A program made the translations under genes and the position numbers. Below the pieces are notes generated by a model, which searched no databases, had not been told where the DNA came from, and saw nothing but the letters and a program-made list of their open reading frames with translations. A stretch of 64,000 nucleotides of DNA from Eledone cirrhosa (lineage: Eukaryota): positions 174,592,001-174,656,000 of the forward strand of contig OZ024743.1 in the NCBI GenBank assembly GCA_964016885.1, written 5' to 3'. Shown in pieces: positions 27,890-41,300 of this stretch. The first letter of the stretch is position 1; each line of letters starts with the position of its first letter.

Positions 27890-30800
27890 TGTTATATAGG
27901 ATGTAGGTAGTCTTTGATATACTGTACCTGTTATATAGGATGTAGGTAGTCTTTGATATACTGTACCTGTTATATAGGATGTAGGTAGTCTTTGATATAC
28001 TGTACCTGTTATATAGGATGTACGTAGTCTTTGATATACTGTACCTGTTATATGAGATGTAGGAAGTCTTTGATATACTGTACCTGTTATATAGGATGTA
28101 GGTAGTCTTTGATATACTGTACCTGTTATATGAGATGTAGGAAGTTTTTGATATACTGTACCTGTTATATAGGATGTAGGTAGTCTTTGATATACTGTAC
28201 CTGTTATATAGGATGTAGGTAGTCTTTGATATACTGTACCTGTTAAATAGGATGTAGGTAGTCTTTGATATACTGTACCTGTTATATAGGATGTAGGTAG
28301 TCTTTGATATACTGTACCTGTTACATAGGATGTAGGTAGTCTTTGATATACTGTACCTGTTATATAGGATGTATGTAGTCTTTGGTATACTGTACCTGTT
28401 ACATAGGATGTAGGTAGTCTTTGATATACTGTACCTGTTATATAGGATGTAGGTAGTCTTTGATATACTGTACCTGTTATATAGGATGTAGGTAGTATTT
28501 GATATACTGTATCTGTTATATAGGATGTAGGTAGTCTTTGATATACTGTACCTGTTATATAGGATGTAGGTAGTCTTTGATATACTGTACATGTTAAATA
28601 GGATGTAGGTAGTCTTTGATATACTGTACCTGTTATATAGGATGTAGGTAGTCTTTGATATACTGTACCTGTTATATAGGATGTAGGTAGTCTTTGATAT
28701 ACTGTACCTGTTATATAGGATGTAGGTAATGTTTGATATACTGTACCTGTTATATAGGATGTAGGTAGTCTTTGATATACTGTACCTGTTATATATGATG
28801 TAGGTAGTCTTTGATATACTGTACCTGTTACATAGGATGTAGGTAGTCTTTGATATACTGTACCTGTTATATAGGATGTATGTAGTCTTTGGTATACTGT
28901 ACCTGTTACATAGGATGTAGGTAGTCTTTGATATACTGTACCTGTTATATAGGATGTAGGTAGTCTTTGATATACTGTACCTATTATATAGGATGTAGGT
29001 AGTCTTTGATATACTGTACCTGTTACATAGGATGTAGGTAGTCTTTGATATACTGTACCTGTTATATAGGATGTAGGTAGTCTTTGATATACTGTACCTG
29101 TTACATAGGATGTAGGTAGTCTTTGATATACTGTACCTGTTACATAGGATGTAGGTAGTCTTTGATATACTGTACCTGTTATATAGGATGTATGTAGTCT
29201 TTGGTATACTGTACCTGTTACATAGGATGTAGGTAGTCTTTGATATACTGTACCTGTTATATAGGATGTAGGTAGTCTTTGATATACTGTAACTATTATA
29301 TAGGATGTAGGTAGTCTTTGATATACTGTACCTGCTATATAGGATGTAGGTAGTCTTTGATATACTCTACCTGTTATATGAGATGTAGGAAGTCTTTGAT
29401 ATACTCTACCTGTTATATAGGATGTAGGTAGTCTTTGATATACTGTACCTGTTATATAGGATGTAGGTAGTCTGTGATATACTGTACCTGTTATATAGGA
29501 TGTACGTAGTCTTTGATATGCTGTACCTGTTATATGAGATGTAGGAAGTCTTTGATATACTCTACCTGTTATATAGGATGTAGGTAGTCTTTGATATACT
29601 GTACCTGTTATATAGGATGTAGGTAGTCTTTGATATACTGTACCTGTTATATAGGATGTAGGTAGTCTTTGATATACTGTACCTGTTATATAGGATGTAT
29701 GTAGTCTTTGGTATACTGTACCTGTTACATAGGATGTAGGTAGTCTTTGATATACTGTACCTGTTATATAGGATGTAGGTAGTCTTTGATATACTGTACC
29801 TGTTATATAGGATGTAGGTAGTATTTGATATACTGTACCTGTTATATAGGATGTAGGTAGTCTTTGATATACTGTACCTGTTATATAGGATGTAGGTAGT
29901 CTTTGATATACTGTACATGTTAAATAGGATGTAGGTAGTCTTTGATATACTGTACCTGTTATATAGGATGTAGGTAGTCTTTGATATACTGTACCTGTTA
30001 TATAGGATGTAGGTAGTCTTTGATATACTGTACCTGTTATATAGGATGTAGGTAGTGTTTGATATACTGTACCTGTTATATAGGATGTAGGTAGTCTTTG
30101 ATATACTGTACCTGTTATAAATGATGTAGGTAGTCTTTGATATACTGTACCTGTTACATAGGATGTAGGTAGTCTTTGATATACTGTACCTGTTATATAG
30201 GATGTATGTAGTCTTTGGTATACTGTACCTGTTACATAGGATGTAGGTAGTCTTTGATATACTGTACCTGTTATATAGGATGTAGGTAGTCTTTGATATA
30301 CTGTACCTATTATATAGGATGTAGGTAGTCTTTGATATACTGTACCTGTTACATAGGATGTAGGTAGTCTTTGATATACTGTACCTGTTATATAGGATGT
30401 AGGTAGTCTTTGATATACTGTACCTGTTACATAGGATGTAGGTAGTCTTTGATATACTGTACCTGTTATATAGGATGTAGGTAGTCTTTGATATACTGTA
30501 CCTGTTATATAGGATGTAGGTAGTCTTTGATATACTGTACCTGTTATATAGGATGTAGGTAGTCTTTGATATACTGTACCTGTTATATAGGATGTAGGAA
30601 GTCTTTGATATACTTTACCTGTTATATAGGATGTAGGTAGTCTTTGATATACTGTACCTGTTATATAGGATGTAGGTAGTCTTTGATATACTGTACCTGT
30701 TATATAGGATGTAGGTAGTCTTTGATATACTGTACCTGTTATATAGGATGTACGTAGTCTTTGATATACTGTACCTGTTATATGAGATGTAGGAAGTCTT

Positions 30801-33800
30801 TGATATACTGTACCTGTTATATAGGATGTAGGTAGTCTTTGATATACTGTACCTGTTATATGAGATGTAGGAAGTTTTTGATATACTGTACCTGTTATAT
30901 AGGATGTAGGTAGTCTTTGATATACTGTACCTGTTATATAGGATGTAGGTAGTCTTTGATATACTGTACCTGTTAAATAGGATGTAGGTAGTCTTTGATA
31001 TACTGTACCTGTTATATAGGATGTAGGTAGTCTTTGATATACTGTACCTGTTACATAGGATGTAGGTAGTCTTTGATATACTGTACCTGTTATATAGGAT
31101 GTATGTAGTCTTTGGTATACTGTACCTGTTACATAGGATGTAGGTAGTCTTTGATATACTGTACCTGTTATATAGGATGTAGGTAGTCTTTGATATACTG
31201 TACCTGTTATATAGGATGTAGGTAGTATTTGATATACTGTATCTGTTATATAGGATGTAGGTAGTCTTTGATATACTGTACCTGTTATATAGGATGTAGG
31301 TAGTCTTTGATATACTGTACATGTTAAATAGGATGTAGGTAGTCTTTGATATACTGTACCTGTTATATAGGATGTAGGTAGTCTTTGATATACTGTACCT
31401 GTTATATAGGATGTAGGTAGTCTTTGATATACTGTACCTGTTATATAGGATGTAGGTAATGTTTGATATACTGTACCTGTTATATAGGATGTAGGTAGTC
31501 TTTGATATACTGTACCTGTTATATATGATGTAGGTAGTCTTTGATATACTGTACCTGTTACATAGGATGTAGGTAGTCTTTGATATACTGTACCTGTTAT
31601 ATAGGATGTATGTAGTCTTTGGTATACTGTACCTGTTACATAGGATGTAGGTAGTCTTTGATATACTGTACCTGTTATATAGGATGTAGGTAGTCTTTGA
31701 TATACTGTACCTATTATATAGGATGTAGGTAGTCTTTGATATACTGTACCTGTTACATAGGATGTAGGTAGTCTTTGATATACTGTACCTGTTATATAGG
31801 ATGTAGGTAGTCTTTGATATACTGTACCTGTTACATAGGATGTAGGTAGTCTTTGATATACTGTACCTGTTACATAGGATGTAGGTAGTCTTTGATATAC
31901 TGTACCTGTTATATAGGATGTATGTAGTCTTTGGTATACTGTACCTGTTACATAGGATGTAGGTAGTCTTTGATATACTGTACCTGTTATATAGGATGTA
32001 GGTAGTCTTTGATATACTGTAACTATTATATAGGATGTAGGTAGTCTTTGATATACTGTACCTGCTATATAGGATGTAGGTAGTCTTTGATATACTCTAC
32101 CTGTTATATGAGATGTAGGAAGTCTTTGATATACTCTACCTGTTATATAGGATGTAGGTAGTCTTTGATATACTGTACCTGTTATATAGGATGTAGGTAG
32201 TCTGTGATATACTGTACCTGTTATATAGGATGTACGTAGTCTTTGATATGCTGTACCTGTTATATGAGATGTAGGAAGTCTTTGATATACTCTACCTGTT
32301 ATATAGGATGTAGGTAGTCTTTGATATACTGTACCTGTTATATAGGATGTAGGTAGTCTTTGATATACTGTACCTGTTATATAGGATGTAGGTAGTCTTT
32401 GATATACTGTACCTGTTATATAGGATGTATGTAGTCTTTGGTATACTGTACCTGTTACATAGGATGTAGGTAGTCTTTGATATACTGTACCTGTTATATA
32501 GGATGTAGGTAGTCTTTGATATACTGTACCTGTTATATAGGATGTAGGTAGTATTTGATATACTGTACCTGTTATATAGGATGTAGGTAGTCTTTGATAT
32601 ACTGTACCTGTTATATAGGATGTAGGTAGTCTTTGATATACTGTACATGTTAAATAGGATGTAGGTAGTCTTTGATATACTGTACCTGTTATATAGGATG
32701 TAGGTAGTCTTTGATATACTGTACCTGTTATATAGGATGTAGGTAGTCTTTGATATACTGTACCTGTTATATAGGATGTAGGTAGTGTTTGATATACTGT
32801 ACCTGTTATATAGGATGTAGGTAGTCTTTGATATACTGTACCTGTTATAAATGATGTAGGTAGTCTTTGATATACTGTACCTGTTACATAGGATGTAGGT
32901 AGTCTTTGATATACTGTACCTGTTATATAGGATGTATGTAGTCTTTGGTATACTGTACCTGTTACATAGGATGTAGGTAGTCTTTGATATACTGTACCTG
33001 TTATATAGGATGTAGGTAGTCTTTGATATACTGTACCTATTATATAGGATGTAGGTAGTCTTTGATATACTGTACCTGTTACATAGGATGTAGGTAGTCT
33101 TTGATATACTGTACCTGTTATATAGGATGTAGGTAGTCTTTGATATACTGTACCTGTTACATAGGATGTAGGTAGTCTTTGATATACTGTACCTGTTATA
33201 TAGGATGTAGGTAGTCTTTGATATACTGTACCTGTTATATAGGATGTAGGTAGTCTTTGATATACTGTACCTGTTATATAGGATGTAGGTAGTCTTTGAT
33301 ATACTGTACCTGTTATATAGGATGTAGGAAGTCTTTGATATACTTTACCTGTTATATAGGATGTAGGTAGTCTTTGATATACTGTACCTGTTATATAGGA
33401 TGTAGGTAGTCTTTGATATACTGTACCTGTTATATAGGATGTAGGTAGTCTTTGATATACTGTACCTGTTATATAGGATGTACGTAGTCTTTGATATACT
33501 GTACCTGTTATATGAGATGTAGGAAGTCTTTGATATACTGTACCTGTTATATAGGATGTAGGTAGTCTTTGATATACTGTACCTGTTATATGAGATGTAG
33601 GAAGTTTTTGATATACTGTACCTGTTATATAGGATGTAGGTAGTCTTTGATATACTGTACCTGTTATATAGGATGTAGGTAGTCTTTGATATACTGTACC
33701 TGTTAAATAGGATGTAGGTAGTCTTTGATATACTGTACCTGTTATATAGGATGTAGGTAGTCTTTGATATACTGTACCTGTTACATAGGATGTAGGTAGT

Positions 33801-34100
33801 CTTTGATATACTGTACCTGTTATATAGGATGTATGTAGTCTTTGGTATACTGTACCTGTTACATAGGATGTAGGTAGTCTTTGATATACTGTACCTGTTA
33901 TATAGGATGTAGGTAGTCTTTGATATACTGTACCTGTTATATAGGATGTAGGTAGTATTTGATATACTGTATCTGTTATATAGGATGTAGGTAGTCTTTG
34001 ATATACTGTACCTGTTATATAGGATGTAGGTAGTCTTTGATATACTGTACATGTTAAATAGGATGTAGGTAGTCTTTGATATACTGTACCTGTTATATAG
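27890..34100. repeat. Consecutive copies of the 70-monomer (2730 bp) higher-order repeat
   Basis: Marker pairs 28592/31322/34052, 29562/32292, 29918/32648 and 30615/33345 are all spaced 2730 bp apart. Confidence 0.9.
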
Positions 34101-34530
34101 GATGTAGGTAGTCTTTGATATACTGTACCTGTTATATAGGATGTAGGTAGTCTTTGATATACTGTACCTGTTACATAGGATGTAGGTAGTCTTTGATATA
34201 CTGTACCTGTTATATAGGATGTATGTAGTCTTTGGTATACTGTACCTGTTACATAGGATGTAGGTAGTCTTTGATATACTGTACCTGTTATATAGGATGT
34301 AGGTAGTCTTTGATATACTGTACCTGTTATATAGGATGTAGGTAGTATTTGATATACTGTATCTGTTATATAGGATGTAGGTAGTCTTTGATATACTGTA
34401 CCTGTTATATAGGATGTAGGTAGTCTTTGATATACTGTACATGTTAAATAGGATGTAGGTAGTCTTTGATATACTGTACCTGTTATATAGGATGTAGGTA
34501 GTCTTTGATATACTGTACCTGTTATATAGG
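33720..34530. repeat. 10-monomer (390 bp) local duplication
   Basis: The string T12C, G23T/A34G, C29A, C5T, C6A occurs twice; C6A is at ~34051 and ~34441. Confidence 0.85.
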
Positions 34531-35369
34531 ATGTAGGTAGTCTTTGATATACTGTACCTGTTATATAGGATGTAGGTAATGTTTGATATACTGTACCTGT
34601 TATATAGGATGTAGGTAGTCTTTGATATACTGTACCTGTTATATATGATGTAGGTAGTCTTTGATATACTGTACCTGTTACATAGGATGTAGGTAGTCTT
34701 TGATATACTGTACCTGTTATATAGGATGTATGTAGTCTTTGGTATACTGTACCTGTTACATAGGATGTAGGTAGTCTTTGATATACTGTACCTGTTATAT
34801 AGGATGTAGGTAGTCTTTGATATACTGTACCTATTATATAGGATGTAGGTAGTCTTTGATATACTGTACCTGTTACATAGGATGTAGGTAGTCTTTGATA
34901 TACTGTACCTGTTATATAGGATGTAGGTAGTCTTTGATATACTGTACCTGTTACATAGGATGTAGGTAGTCTTTGATATACTGTACCTGTTACATAGGAT
35001 GTAGGTAGTCTTTGATATACTGTACCTGTTATATAGGATGTATGTAGTCTTTGGTATACTGTACCTGTTACATAGGATGTAGGTAGTCTTTGATATACTG
35101 TACCTGTTATATAGGATGTAGGTAGTCTTTGATATACTGTAACTATTATATAGGATGTAGGTAGTCTTTGATATACTGTACCTGTTATATAGGATGTAGG
35201 TAGTGTTTGATATACTGTACCTGTTATATATGATGTAGGTAGTCTTTGATATACTGTACCTGCTATATAGGATGTAGGTAGTCTTTGATATACTCTACCT
35301 GTTATATGAGATGTAGGAAGTCTTTGATATACTCTACCTGTTATATAGGATGTAGGTAGTCTTTGATAT

Positions 35370-38300
35370 ACTGTACCTGTTATATAGGATGTATGTAGTC
35401 TTTGGTATACTGTACCTGTTACATAGGATGTAGGTAGTCTTTGATATACTGTACCTGTTATATAGGATGTAGGTAGTCTTTGATATACTGTACCTATTAT
35501 ATAGGATGTAGGTAGTCTTTGATATACTGTACCTGTTACATAGGATGTAGGTAGTCTTTGATATACTGTACCTGTTATATAGGATGTAGGTAGTCTTTGA
35601 TATACTGTACCTGTTACATTAGGATGTAGGTAGTCTTTGATATACTGTACCTGTTATATAGGATGTAGGTAGTCTTTGATATACTGTACCTGTTATATAG
35701 GATGTAGGTAGTCTTTGATATACTGTACCTGTTATATAGGATGTAGGTAGTCTTTGATATACTGTACCTGTTATATAGGATGTAGGAAGTCTTTGATATA
35801 CTTTACCTGTTATATAGGATGTAGGTAGTCTTTGATATACTGTACCTGTTATATAGGATGTAGGTAGTCTTTGATATACTGTACCTGTTATATAGGATGT
35901 AGGTAGTCTTTGATATACTGTACCTGTTATATAGGATGTACGTAGTCTTTGATATACTGTACCTGTTATATGAGATGTAGGAAGTCTTTGATATACTGTA
36001 CCTGTTATATAGGATGTAGGTAGTCTTTGATATACTGTACCTGTTATATGAGATGTAGGAAGTTTTTGATATACTGTACCTGTTATATAGGATGTAGGTA
36101 GTCTTTGATATACTGTACCTGTTATATAGGATGTAGGTAGTCTTTGATATACTGTACCTGTTAAATAGGATGTAGGTAGTCTTTGATATACTGTACCTGT
36201 TATATAGGATGTAGGTAGTCTTTGATATACTGTACCTGTTACATAGGATGTAGGTAGTCTTTGATATACTGTACCTGTTATATAGGATGTATGTAGTCTT
36301 TGGTATACTGTACCTGTTACATAGGATGTAGGTAGTCTTTGATATACTGTACCTGTTATATAGGATGTAGGTAGTCTTTGATATACTGTACCTGTTATAT
36401 AGGATGTAGGTAGTATTTGATATACTGTATCTGTTATATAGGATGTAGGTAGTCTTTGATATACTGTACCTGTTATATAGGATGTAGGTAGTCTTTGATA
36501 TACTGTACATGTTAAATAGGATGTAGGTAGTCTTTGATATACTGTACCTGTTATATAGGATGTAGGTAGTCTTTGATATACTGTACCTGTTATATAGGAT
36601 GTAGGTAGTCTTTGATATACTGTACCTGTTATATAGGATGTAGGTAATGTTTGATATACTGTACCTGTTATATAGGATGTAGGTAGTCTTTGATATACTG
36701 TACCTGTTATATATGATGTAGGTAGTCTTTGATATACTGTACCTGTTACATAGGATGTAGGTAGTCTTTGATATACTGTACCTGTTATATAGGATGTATG
36801 TAGTCTTTGGTATACTGTACCTGTTACATAGGATGTAGGTAGTCTTTGATATACTGTACCTGTTATATAGGATGTAGGTAGTCTTTGATATACTGTACCT
36901 ATTATATAGGATGTAGGTAGTCTTTGATATACTGTACCTGTTACATAGGATGTAGGTAGTCTTTGATATACTGTACCTGTTATATAGGATGTAGGTAGTC
37001 TTTGATATACTGTACCTGTTACATAGGATGTAGGTAGTCTTTGATATACTGTACCTGTTACATAGGATGTAGGTAGTCTTTGATATACTGTACCTGTTAT
37101 ATAGGATGTATGTAGTCTTTGGTATACTGTACCTGTTACATAGGATGTAGGTAGTCTTTGATATACTGTACCTGTTATATAGGATGTAGGTAGTCTTTGA
37201 TATACTGTAACTATTATATAGGATGTAGGTAGTCTTTGATATACTGTACCTGCTATATAGGATGTAGGTAGTCTTTGATATACTCTACCTGTTATATGAG
37301 ATGTAGGAAGTCTTTGATATACTCTACCTGTTATATAGGATGTAGGTAGTCTTTGATATACTGTACCTGTTATATAGGATGTAGGTAGTCTGTGATATAC
37401 TGTACCTGTTATATAGGATGTACGTAGTCTTTGATATGCTGTACCTGTTATATGAGATGTAGGAAGTCTTTGATATACTCTACCTGTTATATAGGATGTA
37501 GGTAGTCTTTGATATACTGTACCTGTTATATAGGATGTAGGTAGTCTTTGATATACTGTACCTGTTATATAGGATGTAGGTAGTCTTTGATATACTGTAC
37601 CTGTTATATAGGATGTATGTAGTCTTTGGTATACTGTACCTGTTACATAGGATGTAGGTAGTCTTTGATATACTGTACCTGTTATATAGGATGTAGGTAG
37701 TCTTTGATATACTGTACCTGTTATATAGGATGTAGGTAGTATTTGATATACTGTACCTGTTATATAGGATGTAGGTAGTCTTTGATATACTGTACCTGTT
37801 ATATAGGATGTAGGTAGTCTTTGATATACTGTACATGTTAAATAGGATGTAGGTAGTCTTTGATATACTGTACCTGTTATATAGGATGTAGGTAGTCTTT
37901 GATATACTGTACCTGTTATATAGGATGTAGGTAGTCTTTGATATACTGTACCTGTTATATAGGATGTAGGTAGTGTTTGATATACTGTACCTGTTATATA
38001 GGATGTAGGTAGTCTTTGATATACTGTACCTGTTATAAATGATGTAGGTAGTCTTTGATATACTGTACCTGTTACATAGGATGTAGGTAGTCTTTGATAT
38101 ACTGTACCTGTTATATAGGATGTATGTAGTCTTTGGTATACTGTACCTGTTACATAGGATGTAGGTAGTCTTTGATATACTGTACCTGTTATATAGGATG
38201 TAGGTAGTCTTTGATATACTGTACCTATTATATAGGATGTAGGTAGTATTTGATATACTGTACCTGTTACATAGGATGTAGGTAGTCTTTGATATACTGT

Positions 38301-41300
38301 ACCTGTTATATAGGATGTAGGTAGTCTTTGATATACTGTACCTGTTACATAGGATGTAGGTAGTCTTTGATATACTGTACCTGTTATATAGGATGTATGT
38401 AGTCTTTGGTATACTGTACCTGTTACATAGGATGTAGGTAGTCTTTGATATACTGTACCTGTTATATAGGATGTAGGTAGTCTTTGATATACTGTAACTA
38501 TTATATAGGATGTAGGTAGTCTTTGATATACTGTACCTGTTATATAGGATGTAGGTAGTCTTTGATATACTGTACCTGTTACATAGGATGTAGGTAGTCT
38601 TTGATATACTGTACCTGTTATATAGGATGTATGTAGTCTTTGGTATACTGTACCTGTTACATAGGATGTAGGCAGTCTTTGATATACTGTACCTGTTATA
38701 TAGGATGTAGGTAGTCTTTGATATACTGTACCTGTTATATAGGATGTAGGTAGTCTTTGATATACTGTACCTGTTATATAGGATGTAGGTAGTCTTTGAT
38801 ATACTGTACCTGTTATATAGGATGTAGGTAGTCTTTGATATACTGTACATGTTAAATAGGATGTAGGTAGTCTTTGATATACTGTACCTGTTATATAGGA
38901 TGTAGGTAGTCTTTGATATACTGTACCTGTTACATAGGATGTAGGTAGTCTTTGATATACTGTACCTGTTATATAGGATGTATGTAGTCTTTGGTATACT
39001 GTACCTGTTACATAGGATGTAGGCAGTCTTTGATATACTGTACCTGTTATATAGGATGTAGGTAGTCTTTGATATACTGTACCTGTTATATAGGATGTAG
39101 GTAGTCTTTGATATACTGTACCTGTTATATAGGATGTAGGTAGTCTTTGATATACTGTACCTGTTATATAGGATGTAGGTAGTCTTTGATATACTGTACA
39201 TGTTAAATAGGATGTAGGTAGTCTTTGATATACTGTACCTGTTATATAGGATGTAGGTAGTCTTTGATATACTGTACCTGTTATATAGGATGTAGGTAGT
39301 CTTTGATATACTGTACCTGTTATATAGGATGTAGGTAGTCTTTGATATACTGTACCTGTTATATAGGATGTAGGTAGTCTTTGATATACTGTACCTGTTA
39401 TATAGGATGTAGGTAGTCTTTGATATACTGTACCTGTTATATAGGATGTAGGTAGTCTTTGAAATACTGTACCTATTATATCTGATGTAGGAAGTTTTTG
39501 ATATACTGTACCTGTTATATAGGATGTAGGTAGTCTTTGATATACTGTACCTGTTATATAGGATGTATGTAGTCTTTGGTATACTGTACCTGTTACATAG
39601 GATGTAGGTAGTCTTTGATATACTGTACCTGTTATATAGGATGTAGGTAGTCTTTGATATACTGTAACTATTATATAGGATGTAGGTAGTCTTTGATATA
39701 CTGTACCTGTTATATAGGATGTAGGTAGTCTTTGATATACTGTACCTGTTACATAGGATGTAGGTAGTCTTTGATATACTGTACCTGTTATATAGGATGT
39801 ATGTAGTCTTTGGTATACTGTACCTGTTACATAGGATGTAGGCAGTCTTTGATATACTGTACCTGTTATATAGGATGTAGGTAGTCTTTGATATACTGTA
39901 CCTGTTATATAGGATGTAGGTAGTCTTTGATATACTGTACCTGTTATATAGGATGTAGGTAGTCTTTGATATACTGTACCTGTTATATAGGATGTAGGTA
40001 GTCTTTGATATACTGTACCTGTTATATAGGATGTAGGTAGTCTTTGATATACTGTACCTGTTACATAGGATGTAGGTAGTCTTTGATATACTGTACCTGT
40101 TATATAGGATGTATGTAGTCTTTGGTATACTGTACCTGTTACATAGGATGTAGGCAGTCTTTGATATACTGTACCTGTTATATAGGATGTAGGTAGTCTT
40201 TGATATACTGTACCTGTTATATAGGATGTAGGTAGTCTTTGATATACTGTACCTGTTATATAGGATGTAGGTAGTCTTTGATATACTGTACCTGTTATAT
40301 AGGATGTAGGTAGTCTTTGATATACTGTACATGTTAAATAGGATGTAGGTAGTCTTTGATATACTGTACCTGTTATATAGGATGTAGGTAGTCTTTGATA
40401 TACTGTACCTGTTATATAGGATGTAGGTAGTCTTTGATATACTGTACCTGTTATATAGGATGTAGGTAGTCTTTGATATACTGTACCTGTTATATAGGAT
40501 GTAGGTAGTCTTTGATATACTGTACCTGTTATATAGGATGTAGGTAGTCTTTGATATACTGTACCTGTTATATAGGATGTAGGTAGTCTTTGAAATACTG
40601 TACCTATTATATGAGATGTAGGAAGTTTTTGATATACTGTACCTGTTATATAGGATGTAGGTAGTCTTTGATATACTGTACCTGTTATATAGGATGTAGG
40701 TAGTCTTTGATATACTGTACCTGTTAAATAGGATGTAGGTAGTCTTTGATATACTGGCCCTGTTATATAGGATGTAGGAAGTCTTTGATATACTTTACCT
40801 GTTATATAGGATGTAGGTAGTCTTTGATATACTGTACCTGTTATATAGGATGTAGGTAGTCTGTGATATACTGTACCTGTTATATAGGATGTAGGTAGTC
40901 TTTGATATACTGTACCTGTTATATAGGATGTAGGTAGTCTTTGATATACTGTACCTGTTATATAGGATGTAGGTAGTCTTTGATATACTGTACCTGTTAT
41001 ATAGGATGTAGGTAGTCTTTGATATACTGTACCTGTTATATAGGATGTAGGTAGTCTTTGATATACTGTACCTGTTATATAGGATGTAGGTATTCTTTGA
41101 AATACTGTACCTATTATATGAGATGTAGGAAGTTTTTGATATACTGTACCTGTTATATAGGATGTAGGTAGTCTTTGATATACTGTACCTGTTATATAGG
41201 ATGTAGGTAGTCTTTGATATACTGTACCTGTTAAATAGGATGTAGGTAGTCTTTGATATACTGTACCTGTTATATAGGATGTAGGAAGTCTTTGATATAC

